NCBI RefSeq assembly: GCF_000143415.4
Contig: NW_003314337.1
Location: 751,771 to 815,770, forward strand
Direction of reading: 5' to 3'
Length of the DNA: 64,000 bases
DNA from: Selaginella moellendorffii
Lineage: Eukaryota; Plantae; Lycopodiophyta
The first letter of the stretch is position 1. Each line of letters begins with the position of its first letter. The notes under the pieces are model-generated. The model did not search any database. It was not told the DNA's origin and saw nothing but the letters and a program-made list of their open reading frames with translations. Shown here piece after piece: positions 14,200 to 26,775 of the stretch. Made by a program: the position numbers and the translations under genes.

Positions 14200-15575
14200 T
14201 TGGGATGTTATTTCCTTTGAGTGATACATTTGCAAGCATTGTGCTTGTTAGTCAATGATACTTTGTGTTCTTTGAGTTATCTTTCGTAAATTGTTTGGCA
14301 TTCTATCTGCAATATTTGATAATTAAGTTTTATCATTGAGTTTTTTTGATGATACGTTGACTATTGAATTTTGTTGGATAGTGAATCCTATCTTTTCCAA
14401 TCATGCTAATCTTGGTGGTTCCTGTACTATAATACTGGTTTATCGGATACCATCTATTGATCTTTGATTTTGGGCCAGTATAGGTAGATTGGCTTTAGCA
14501 CTTTATGTGCATGGTGAAATCTTTAGTTATGGGGTAGCTACTGTTGACTGGTCACATCACCTGCCTCTCTGTCGATATTCCTTTTGTCATTTGAAAAGGG
14601 CGTGACTGTGTAAACAACTCTAACTACCTATTTACAGTACTCTATTTAAACCTTACCGACAAGTTTGGTTTCTTTGCTCAGGAGGTTTGGAACCTCTGGC
14701 TTTTCTCTCTATATCCCTATGGGTAGGGGCGTATCACACTTTTGTAAGCTGGATGACACCCAGAGTAGCAAGGGTGGCTAACTCCGTTGGTCATTTCCTT
14801 ATTGACAACGGTCGGAAGGTGTCTGAGCTAGTAGTGCATCCACGTTAGATAAAGAGGTTGTCTTCTAACTCATTTAAGTTAGTGCATTTCTCACATAGTG
14901 TGATCACCGTGAACTTTTTCTGGAGTTGTTACCTTGCCAGTGGTCTAGAATCGAGTATGCATCAACGAGGACGTTGATCTTCCCTAGGGGGGGAGAGTGT
15001 CGCGAATGTGACTTCAGGTATCGAAAGTTACCTATCGGCTAGTCCTTTCGGATATTCTTTCCTTATTGCCATGACGGCAGGAGGTCGGTATTGCTGGACT
15101 AATTATCAGTCTCCATCTAAACTAGTTGAGAAACTGGTCTTCGCGTGTGCACTTGACCAAATGAGTATAAGGACAGAATTCCTAAGTGCTATTAGTCAAA
15201 CATACTTGACTTGGTTAGAGAAACTCATTCGTTCGCTTGCACTTATTAGTGTTAGGAACCCCCATGATATTAAGCTTAGTCCCTCAATATCGCTAAATGA
15301 TAACTTACCGTGTTTGCCAAACACCCTCACTATCATACCCTTTGTGTTAGTCTCATTTCAGTCCTAAATGCTAAATGAAGACAAATATAACAAAAACTAC
15401 TATACAAAAAACAAGACTAGCGATACAACCAAAACAACTACAAACTACAAAATATCATTTAGATATATAAAATGAATTAGCTCTCACCACTAAAAATCAA
15501 GAATTCAAACTTCATGTAAATATTAATGAAGACATTGAAGAATTAAATCTAGGGGTTCTCTCAAATCCACAAGAC
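14200..15575 (+). repeat. Near-identical direct duplicate of 11335-12710 (offset 2865 bp)
   Basis: Only a few substitutions over ~1.38 kb; ORFs 12143 and 15008 are almost identical. Confidence 0.9.
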
Positions 15576-15659
15576 GTCACCAGCTTTGTTGTTTTGTTTT
15601 GACAGCAGTGACGATCACCAGCTGAGGTCACCAGCTTCAATAGATGGTGGAATTAAGGT

Positions 15660-15902
15660 TTGCCATTGGGGGCATACTCTGAGTTGAAGCACTCCCACCG
15701 TACCCACCGACTGCATGGGAGGATGCTGACCTCCCAAGTAGGTGGGTTTTGCCCCCATTGGGGGCATATACTGGGGACACGAGAAGTGTACATCCCACCG
15801 ACTACATAGGAGGATGCCAACCTCCTAAGTCGGTGGGACGGAAATCATTCCTGAGTCACTGCTGACTGAAGGAGTTGGTGATATCAATTCCAGTCGGTGG
15901 GA
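15660..15902. repeat. Two direct repeats, each containing a nested hairpin (CCCACCGACT...AGTMGGTGGG)
   Basis: Hairpins at 15702-15747 and 15793-15838; partial third arm at 15891-15902. Confidence 0.75.
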
Positions 15903-16159
15903 GGAGAAGGTGAGGCTGAAAAAGATTAAGGGATCTGAGAGGGAGGAAAGGCTGAGTGTGGGCTGATGGAGGTTTGAGGATATGAGGCTGACAGTGCTTC
16001 ATGGATCTGACTCATAAATTTGTAAGTTGAAGGACGCGAGGCACGGCCTTGACATATCTTCTGCTGGAGGGGCGGCGACCATGAGGCGGAATGCAGAGGA
16101 AGTCCATGATGCTGATCTCACCTCTTGCGCTTCAAACAAGCTCCTCGCTCTGAACAACC

Positions 16160-16457
16160 GACATTTCACTGGACCTTATCTCAATGTTAAAAGAATGTTA
16201 AATGCAAAACTACATCAGAGTCAATATTTAAAAATATTATTCTATTAGAAATAAAATTATACTAGTTGAGTTTACAATTACTATAAACTACTAAACTCCA
16301 TAAAGTTTACCAAGAAAAGATAACATAGCAATATTTAATAATTGATATATTTGTATTTCTAGTAGAATAATATTTTAAAATATTGACTCCAATGTAGTAT
16401 TACATTTAACATTCTTTTAATATTGGGGTTTCTTGAGATAGGGTCCAATGAAATGTC
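16160..16457. repeat. AT-rich foldback / MITE-like inverted repeat with ~100-bp arms
   Basis: GACATTTCACTGGACCTTATCTCAA...TATTCTATTAGAAATA (16160-16260) is the imperfect reverse complement of 16346-16457. Confidence 0.8.
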
Positions 16458-17710
16458 AGATTTTTAAAAAACAAATTTGTAAATGATGATTTTTAAATTG
16501 TAACGGATAGATTAACAAATTCTAAGAAAGGGAATACGGGACATTAATGGTGGGCAATCAGTAAGATGCCGTGCTGGAATGTGTGTTTTGCATTATTGCA
16601 CGTTGCATCTTGCATGAAACATTAAACATTCACATTGCACGGAATAAACATTTCTGTTACATTAGTCCGAAATTCTTGTGGTTCTGGAAGAGGACATGGC
16701 CACGATCTGCCAAAGAATGTTGAGTAAGTATCTTAAAGAAGATGAAGATGGATTTGTTTTTGTTTTTGACAATGATTTGCGCATGGAATTATCGGTTTCT
16801 TCGTCTAAGGATTATAAGTTGTTGCAAATGATAGAACGTGATGGAGTGGGATGGAAGGAGGAGATTTTGTCATCTGCTTTGCAATGGTCTGGAGAGGCAA
16901 ATTTTACAAATTGGTTTCATCGCTGGGACCATTCTTTCGTCTTGTTTGCTCTGCCAGACGAAATTGATCGGTTGTCTTACTTGAGAAGCTGGTCAGATGC
17001 CACATAGGGTGAGAACTCATTTGTTGTTCCACCCTGAATCTGGTAAAAAGAAGTTTCACAGAATTGTAAAAGGGATGTGATCTACGAACTGCCACCACTC
17101 ACTGGACGCACAGGGAAGTACTTGGGAATGAATTATAAAGACAGCAGTCAGTATTGGTCACATGAGAGAACAACACATTGACAGGTTGAAGCAAGGGTGA
17201 GCAAAAGTAGCTGAATTGGTCATTTGTAATGTGTGAATACGAGTTGTATGTTTTTAACAAGGAATATTGAGAAGAATGAATTTCATTTCAGGGGCATTCT
17301 TCAAAAACCACCAGACAACCTACTAGCGTTGGTGGAAGGAATGGACTGCACATATTGTGAAAAACCGTCAATATTGCAAATGATGTGCGGTGCTAACAAC
17401 TACTTTATTCTTCCCAACAATGATATATTGATGAAATTATTTGTGCACAAGGGACAGCATGTGCATTCAGTTCCGAAAATTAGAGTTTCTTCAGCAAGTA
17501 GAAAACGAGCTAGAGAGGTCCTTGAATCTGTGGTCAAGACAAGTCCAAGAGTCAACCAGAGAGTGCTTGAGTTTGAAGCAGCACTCAGACTCATACTTGT
17601 TTCCCTTTTCTCATTAACAGAACATGTAAAAGAGGTTGATTATGACAAATTCCTATTGCAGTTAAAACCACTTACATAATACTGCAGGTATGTGTTTGTC
17701 TGGCATCATA

Positions 17711-17810
17711 NNNNNNNNNNNNNNNNNNNNNNNNNNNNNNNNNNNNNNNNNNNNNNNNNNNNNNNNNNNNNNNNNNNNNNNNNNNNNNNNNNNNNNNNNN
17801 NNNNNNNNNN
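17711..17810. other. Assembly gap (100 N)
   Basis: Run of n. Confidence 1.
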
Positions 17811-18351
17811 ATGCGGGATAAGAGAAAGAATGGATACATAGACTCAAATACATGAACAACATTTTCGAAATACAAAGGATTGTTTAAACTGGAAAAAAAC
17901 TTTTCCCATCCCATTCATCCATTGTATTCACATTCCCAACATGGATTTAGATCTAACTTCATTTGCTTGCGTTTTTTTTTTTTGATGAAAACAAGTTGGA
18001 ACGAAAAGGAAAGCAAGGGAGGGTGCTGAAGAACATTGATTTTAAAAATGAATGTCGATGGTTGCGGTTCTGGCGTTGAGTATATTAGAAGATGTTAGCC
18101 GGGATGAGATCTGGAAAAGCAGTGGCTTGTACTTGATCACACACATTAAATTCCAGAAAGGGCAACCATTAGAGTACATATTTACATTTAGTTGACAATA
18201 ATTAATAACCTTACTTTTATTGATTGCAGGCTTCAAGTTTGCTGGTTTTATGTCAGACGAGTCTGGTTAGCGTTGCACAGCGTTTTTAACAACAGTGAGA
18301 AAATGAAAAGGTGAGAGCGTTCTTGTCTGTTCCATTATATGCAAACCGTAA

Positions 18352-21300
18352 TGTTATAATCCGGCGCAAAAAGACAAAGATCTAGTTGCTCTAGACTATG
18401 CTATGCCACCTCTTGAGGTTCCTCACCACCCAACCACCCCCGAGCTACCTCAAAAGCTCCATTGCGCCGCCGCTCCACTGTGAGCCCTAGGGTAGGTTAA
18501 GTCCCTTACCCTAACATGCCTTAATATACCCTTGAGCCTCCCTTTGACCGACGTTGACCACGTAGTCAAAGCTGGCGCCTAACAATTCTTCCCCCCCAAC
18601 AAAGTCCTTGTCCCAAGGATGAGTTGTACCGGTGATCACCTTTTCTGGGGAATCCTGCTCAAGCTCCTGGTCCATCTTCCACAGCCGTATACATCAAGGA
18701 GGTATTGGGCCCGTCACTCCAAGATAGTACACTTTTCAACTGGCTGACATAAAATACCGGATGAATTTTCACCCCAGCTGGTAGCCGCACTCGATAAGCC
18801 GCTTTACCAATGCGCTCCAGCACTTCATATGGACCAGCATATCGATGGGAGAGTTTATCACTCTTCCCTGTCCGTAAAGGCACCAAGGTGTTCCGTCGCT
18901 CACTTGACAGAAAGATCACTCGCACAAAGACGAGATCACCCACCTTATATTCCCAGAATTGGTGATGCTCATTGGCAAACTTCTCCGTTCTATCCTGAGC
19001 TACTTGCAAATTCCGTCTACACACCACCAGAATCTCATCAAGTTCTGTGGCCAGATTAGTTGCCTCGGAATCAAGCTTATCTTGAACGTCCTTACTCAAA
19101 TGCAATCCCAACTCCACCGCTGTTCGAGGATGCCTTCCAAACATGGCAAAGTAAGGACTTAACTTGGTTCCACTGTGTTGGCTATTGTTGTAAGCAAATT
19201 GCACCAACAGAAGATATAGATCCCACTATCCTTGCCTTTGACCAATGCTACAACGTAGCATATCCTCCACCACCTGATTGACACACTCAGTTTGCCCATC
19301 CGTCTGAGGATGATCTCCACTCGAGAGTTTTAAAGTCACTTGCATAGCCTTTGCAAAGCTTTTCCAAAATCCACTAGTGAACTTTGAATCTCAATCACTA
19401 ATGATGTCCTCTGGCAAACCAAAATCAGGAAAAACCTTCTCCAAATAAACCGCAACCAAGTCTGAAGCAGTGACAGTCTTCTAAAGAGCCAACAACTGCA
19501 CATACTTCGTCAACCGATCCACTATGACCCATACTTGCTCCTTTTGCCTCTGTGTTCGTGGCAAACAAGTGATGAAGTCCATAGAGATACTACACCAACG
19601 GCTATGAGGAATAGGTAAAGGTTGCAAAAGTCCCCCCGGCTTCTCCTGTGGCAGCTTAACCTACTGACAAAGCTTGCATGATTTACAGTACTTGAGAATA
19701 TCAGCCTTCATATTCCTCCAATAAAAGTTGCGCTTAATCAACTCATACGTCTTCTTCCCCCCAAAATGACCGGCCTCTGAACGATCATGATAGTGGAATA
19801 AAACTTGAGTAATTAACACATCCACCTGTGGCAAATATACACGGCCATTGTAGTAGAGAATCCCATCCACCAATGAGAAAGGGGCTTCCATTTGGGCTCG
19901 CAAAGAGGCCACCTCAGCATCCTGAGCCTGAGCATGCTCAACCAACTGCCCAAACTCGCTGACCACCTTACTCAAATGATGACAAAATCGTGTTCGTAAC
20001 GTCGTCACATGACGAACACGAGATAAAGCATCCGCCACCACATTTGATTTTCCCGGACGATACTCAATAGGAAACTCCCCAAACTCCATGAGTTTGACCA
20101 TCCAACGAGCTTGCCTAGTGTTCAACTCCTTCTGTGTGAAAAGATACACAAGTGGTTTGTGATCTGTCAACACCACGAACACTACACCATAAAGATAGTG
20201 CCGCCACGTCTGCAAAGCATGAACAATAGAGAGTAACTCTTGCTCATATGTGGAATAGCGTTGCTCCACGGAATTCAAAGTTCGACTCTCATATGCAATA
20301 GGCTGTCCCTCTTGCATGAGAACTCCTCCCAGTGCATAACCACTTGCATCGCATGTCACCTCGTAAGGTTTCGATGGATCAGCAATGTGAAGCACTGGAG
20401 TTTCGCTCAACAATCGTTTCAGCGCCACAAAACTCTCCTCTTGTGGCTTCTTCCACTCGAATGGCACATTCTTGCGTAACAACCACGTCAAAGGAATAGC
20501 CACCTCTAAAAACTTATGCTGGAAACGTCGGTAGTAACTAGCCATACCAAGAAAACTGCGCAACTCGGCCATTGTAGTCGGTGTAGGCCAGTTTTCCACC
20601 ACAGCCACCTTCCTTGGATCCATCTTGACACCCTTAGATGTCACAATATGCCTAGATATTCCACCTCCGACTTTGCAAATTCACATTTGCTCTTCTTCGC
20701 ATAAAGTTTGCTATCTCGAAATAACAAAAGAACTTTGCGCAAATGCACCCTATGCTCCTCCATATTCTTGCTAAAAACAAGAATATCGTCCAAGAAAATC
20801 TCCACAAACTCATGAAGATAACGCCCAAATACCTCCGTTATCAACCGAGTAAATGTGGCCGGTGCATTCGTCAAACCAAATGGCATAACTGTAAACTCAA
20901 AATGTCCGAAGCTTGTGTTGAATGCCGTCTTGGAGATAGATGCATCATCCATTGCAATCTGATGATATCCACTCCTCAGATCAATCTTGGTAAACACTCG
21001 CACTTCACCAAGTTTGTCCAGGATATCATCCACACATGGCATCGGCATCTTATCCTTCACTGTCTTCTTGTTTAAAGCATGGTAGTCAATACACATCCGC
21101 ATTGAACCGTCCTTCTTCTTCACAAGCAAAACCGGAGCACCAAACGGAGACTTATTTGGCTGAATAAATCCAAACTCAAGTAACTCCTTGACTTGTCATT
21201 GAACTTCTTGCTCCTCCGCATAACTTAACCAAAATGGACGCCGGTAAATTGGCCGCGTCCTCGGCTCCAATGTAATCCCATGCTCCATACCTCGTAATGG

Positions 21301-23254
21301 AGGCAATCCATGAGGAAGTTTAGATGGAAAAACATCAGAAAACTCATCAAGTACATCCCGTACTGCTGCTTCTCCCCCACACGTGCCTTGGTCCCCCAAG
21401 TCACGAACAAACAGCAAGTAACTTGAAAGTGCTTTTCCATTACGACAAGCCCACTTCAAAGATGTAGCAGAGAGTATAACAATTGGTGGTTGAACGCCCT
21501 CGCCAAACCACACATCTTTAACGCCACCATACTCCAGTGAGATACGCTTAATGCTCCACTTTATCTTTGGATCCACCGTCACCAACCATAGCATCCCAAG
21601 AATGAGATTCACACGATGAATATCCGCAAGATAAAAAGTCTCCACACGTGTGGTTTTGCCAACCAACACTTCCAGCCCCTCGACACAAGCATCAAAATGT
21701 TGAGTAGAGGTGGCTGCACCTTCCACTGTGTATGGAAGAACTCCACATGTGACCAGGCCATGCTCCACAACAAACTTTGCCGAAACAAAGTTGTCATCGC
21801 TCTCACTATCCAGTAAAATCTGCATTGGATCGCCACGGAACACGCCCTTTAGCATTAAAGTTGATTCACGCGTATCCTCGAGCTCCATCTTGTTCCACAC
21901 ACAGTTGAGCTGACGAGCAACGATCGAAAGTCGCTTCCTCCGACCGGAATGGTCGTTCTCCTCATCCTCACACTGCAAAGTTTGCAACTTTTTAGTATCG
22001 GACTTACCGTGAGAAGAAGATTGGCCATTCTTCTTGTCCTGCTGCTTGTTCTTCAACTGCGGACAATCAACCTTGTAGTGTCCAAGTTCGCCGCAATGAT
22101 GACAACCCTGTCTATAATTCTTCACAAAGAACTTCTGCTTCTTGGACCCCTTTGCATCTGAAGTAGTCACCACCAACTTCAACTTGTGATGCTTATTCCC
22201 ATCCTTGTGTCCACGGCGATCATCATGACAATTCTCAACAGAAGGACTCCGCGAACGTTTGCGAGACTTGTGCTTGTCATTGTCAAGTCAACGAGCTGCA
22301 TCAAAGAGCTCCTCCAAACTCTTTGTAAGTTGAGAATGACGCAAGTGTTGCCGCATGCTCTCACTATGTAGGCCATCAATGAAGTAGGACTTGTTCTGAT
22401 CTGGATCCTTCGTTGGAACACGACTAATCAAGCGAGTAAGCTTCTCAATATAATCCCCGAGCATCATTTTCCCTTGCTGGAAATGGTGAAGTTCTGTACA
22501 AGCATTCTCCACGTCGTAATGAGGGGCAAAACGTAAACGGAAAGCAGCCTCAAACTCATCCATGGTAGACACTGGTGGTTTCTTATCCGCAACACAGGAC
22601 TCCTCAAGCCAATTCCACCATTGAAGACCCGCATCACGCAAAACCATCGGAATAGCCACTAAAGCCTTTGCATCTGGAGTTCTTCTAGCAGCCAAGAACT
22701 TCTTCACATTGGCTAGCCAAGCGAGACACTCGTCCACACCACCATCACCGGAAAAGGTTGGAATCTTGAGTCGATCTACCAAAGAAGGCTTACTTGGAGC
22801 GCTACCCCGTCCAGCCTCGAGTGCCTCAACACGCCCACGCATGGTATCCATCATGCCATGCATCTCGTCTTGCATCTCTTGCTGATTTTGATTAAGGGCT
22901 TGCAGCTCATGAACCACATCTTGAATGGTCCAAATCTCCGCAGCTTCGTCGGCACCACCATCGACAATAGGATTCCAGTGTTCAGCTTGGTCGGCCATCG
23001 CAACCAATCCTCTGATACCAATGTTATGATCCGGCGCAAAAAGACAAAGATCTAGTTGCCCTAGACTATGCTATGCCACCTCTTGAAGTTCCTCACCACC
23101 CAACCACCCCCGAGCTACCTCAAAAGCTCCACTGCGCCGCTGCTCCACTGTGAGCCCTAGGGTAGGTTAAGTCCCTTACCCTAACATGCCTTAATATACC
23201 CTTGAGCCTCCCTTTGACCGACATTGACCACGTAGTCAAAGCTGGCACCTAACA
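18352..23254 (-). mobile_element. Full-length Ty3/gypsy LTR retrotransposon D (4903 bp), mildly decayed
   Basis: 233-bp LTRs at 18352-18584 and 23022-23254 (TG...CA, 7 transitions), TSD CGTAA at 18347 and 23255, PBS (iMet) at 23010-23020, PPT at ~18585-18598. Confidence 0.95.
18659..23007 (-). pseudogene. gag-pol of element D (gag, Zn knuckle, protease, RT, RNaseH, integrase) with stops and frameshifts
   Basis: CHHCGELGHYKVDC, LLDSE, IDLRSGYHQI, FLDDIL, CDASG, HPQTDGQTE, YAGPYEV. Confidence 0.92.
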
Positions 23255-24019
23255 CGTAAGGCAAGTGACGACCAAAAAATTCATCATGAACGAACATCAA
23301 CATGAACATACAGAGCAGGCGAGATCAATGCCCGTGGCATTGAGAGGGAGGTTGCATTGGCGAAGTTAGAATCATTCTAGATAGGACATGAGCGGGTTGT
23401 GCCAAAGCGGGGCCGCTTTCTGGTCGTAGAGTTCCTCGCCATGGTTTTCTGAAGATGTAGTTTGGCCTTTTTAAGTGTGTCCCAAACACGAGCAGACTTG
23501 CATGATCTCCCAAACCGGCCAGTGGGAGGCTTTTCCCATCCATGTAGCATGAACCCTGCCTCGGTATTGTGTTTCCTTCGTGTGGAAGGCGATAGGAAGG
23601 TTGTGGATCTGTCCAAGGAGCATTTCCCGTTTCCGAAGTCTGAGTGTAAAGCTGATTGGGCAGTGGTCCGGTATGTACACTCTTTGGACTAAGCATGAGA
23701 TCCTGAATCAGTTCGGGCTCTGAGTGGCTGACTAGCACAATATCACTAGTGCTTCTTTCACCATTGTGTGAGAAGCATGTATGACCTTCTGTGAGCGGCC
23801 ATTGTCTAGAGCTGTTAAGAACTAATAGGTGGGATGTTGTGCAGAATGTGAGAACTTTGCTCGTTGTGTCGAAAAGACGGTCTTGTCATGATCGTATTCA
23901 CGTAGTTCGTTTGTGGAGGTGCTGTGCTAGAGTGCTTGCGAGTTCTCAGTTCTGGCGTTGAAATCGCCGAGCCATCACATACGCATATCTGGCAAAAAAT
24001 CCACACCATATTACCCACA

Positions 24020-25800
24020 AGGGAATTGTCAGGTTGAATCTACTAATAAATTTTTTAAAAATATCTTCAAAAAGATTGTGAAGGACAATACAAAAAACTG
24101 GGATGAGAAAACTTGAGATGCTTTATAAGCTTATAGGACTGCATATAAAGTATCCATTCTTTCTTTGCATATTGCAATTAAAAATAGCTTAGATGTAAAA
24201 GAAGCTTTTAAACAAAGACTTGCCAAAATAAAAAATTTAAACAAACTTAAGCTTAGAACAATTTGGACCTTGTATGCAATTCAAAAAGCCAGAAATGTTA
24301 GACATGACAAACAATTGAAAATCTTTTGCGAAATTAAATCAAGAGATAAGGTTCTTTGGTTTCAAGATAAAATAGATGCTCTTGGAAATAAATTCGAGAG
24401 AAAATGGAATAGTCCATTTATTTTGTCTAAGATATCAGCTCCAGGAATGGCTAAAGTGCACACCTTAAATGGGGACGATATTGCAATAGTAAATTTAAAC
24501 CATTTAAGGAAGTACCATGGAGATATAAGCATAAATACTATACAAGGAAAAAAAAAATTCCACAATACGTTTGCATACAAAAGTAAACAAAGGCAAGAGG
24601 ATAAAGATTAGGACGTAGTAAGGTAGGACAATTTAGGTAACTTAGAGGTGGCTAAGGAGCTTCTTTTTCTTTTTCGCTCTTTCCCTTTCACTTACTCTAT
24701 ACTTACACCTTTGCCAAGATGCACCAACACTCTAAGCTTAGCTCTAAAGTAATGTATGGCAACTTAAACGCTGCCTAAAGTTACGCAATAGCAAAAGCCA
24801 TTGTTGCCACCTACTGGGTTGAGCACACTCTTGATTTGGTAGAGCAGATTTGTCCCCATGCCACCGCCACAAGCCCTCAACTCCACTCTTGCATTGTTGA
24901 CACTTCTGTTGGCACCACACTCCGTCTCATGGTCGAGTATGTGGAGGAAATTTCATCTAGTGATGAGGAGTTAGATTTTGGCCAAGTAAAGCTCTCTAGG
25001 GAGCTTGTGCTTTCTCCTTATGATAACTTTTGGGTTAATGCCTTTGGGTTACTCGCATATGTGGAGCTGTTCGAAGGAGAAATAGTGGTCAAACAGAGGA
25101 TCAAGCTTATGTAGAAATGGTACCCAAAGGAGCATGCTTTTCTTTTCTGTGGGCAAGTCCATCCCTTTGGACTCACCTAGTTTGCTCAGATTTTGTGCCT
25201 AGACAACAAAGGCAAAATAATTACAATGAGTAAAAAGGATCGCATGCCTGAACAATACATCCTTCCAAACTACACATCCAGACAAATAAGCAACTTCACC
25301 TATTTGAAGCCCGACTATCATACTAGGCTTAAGGTGTTGTGTGCCATCATCGACGGGAGGACGATTGCATAATATGCTACCATCAAGATAGCCTGTCTTT
25401 TAGAAGCTATCAAGACTGGATGGCAAATAAACATAGCCCATTTTGCTTACAATGGATTTGTGGCTGAAATGAAAATATTGCCATATAGGTAGGCAAGGAA
25501 GTGAAGATGAAAGTCTTCATCTTTTTGTGGCACATCTACGAGCATTACACCACTCAAGTGGATACCATGCCTCACTTTGCCATTGAGCCACCACTTCCAG
25601 TATCTCCTTGAAGGGAGATAGCAAAGGATGTGGAAATGGAGGAGAATCCCAACAATATAGATTCAAGTGAAGAAAATTCTCCCCTTAAAAAGAAACTCCA
25701 CCTAGATCTGAAAATCCAAGCTATGAGACATCCAAGGTTTGTTCTGCAAAAATCCAATGGTTGAGTATACCCCAGAAAAGTTGGACGCAACAAGTATGGT
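24020..25800 (+). pseudogene. Decayed integrase C-terminus of an Athila/Tat-like gypsy plus remnants of a downstream extra ORF
   Basis: QVESTNK, WDEK..AYRTAYK and KFERKWNSPF..VNLNHLRKY, followed by degenerate coding-like sequence at 24860-25800. Confidence 0.65.
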
Positions 25801-26775
25801 GATAAAACGCCATGCCCGGATCAATAACAAAGTCACGACTCAAATATATCTATAGAGACAAAAATGTTCCCTAGAGGGAATATTCAAAGAATCACTCTGC
25901 TCCAAGATGCAATAAGATGAACCACAAGAATATTTTAAGAATATTCTATGGCCTATGGGATTTAAAGGCATAACACCTTAAGGGTTAAGAGGTTGGCATA
26001 GGGTTCACTCCCTTGTTCATTTCAATATGGGTCCAATAAAATTCTTGGCAAGGATTGTTTTTAATAAAGTCATATGAACCTAGCTTCTATAAAATAGTGG
26101 CTTACAATTTCAATTTTATGTCTTTATAGTTATAAAAAGAAAGTCATATTTAAAGATGTTGTCATAGAGAACAGCATCATGGACAATGATTAAGAGAATG
26201 CAGAACTGATATAAATTGTACTAAAGGAGTTTCAATACTTTAGTATATCATTTCATTAGCATCCTTACAAATATATATTGTGGTATATTTTCTATTAAAA
26301 GTAACATTCTATTCATTAAGATTATTATTTTATGAGATTAAATTATATCTAATTAGATAAATATAGAAACGAGACATGTAAACAATTGATGATAAAAAAG
26401 TTATTGCAGAGTTTTATCACTTTCAAGATAAAACATGGAGAAGAAGACTGTCAAATAGGTTTGAAGAGACTACCATTTCTCAGTGGAGGTCCACTTCCAG
26501 CTTCTGGAAGGCAATGCATCGTTTCCAGTCTCATTGAGCTCCACATTCTCTCCATTCGAAGTATACCAATCGACCAGGTACTCTAAGAACTCCAGCCTTA
26601 CGTGGCATCGAGCTCTTAAACACTACATCAGTCCAGGACTGCTTACATGATTGTGTGCTCCAAACGAGCTTGCCAATCTTTTGACATTAGCCAACGCCTA
26701 CCCCAACGTTATGTAGAATGTGCATATCTCTGTTGTAACCCTAGGAGCTTCATTGTGCCCTAAACGGGAGTCAAC

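Larger units (their letters stand above)
16678..23330 (+). pseudogene. Decayed MULE-like (moss/fern-type) DDE transposase, interrupted by an assembly gap and LTR element D
   Basis: Zn-finger-like CxxC...LFVHKGQHVH, WLVLDHTH, FAGFMSDE and RERSCLFHYMQTV. The reading continues after the insertion as VRQVTTKKFIMNEHQHEH at 23255. Confidence 0.6.

Noticed and set aside
18659-23007. Stops in element D as programmed readthrough or introns
   Set aside because: They are single C>T-type nonsense changes and small indels, consistent with post-insertion decay
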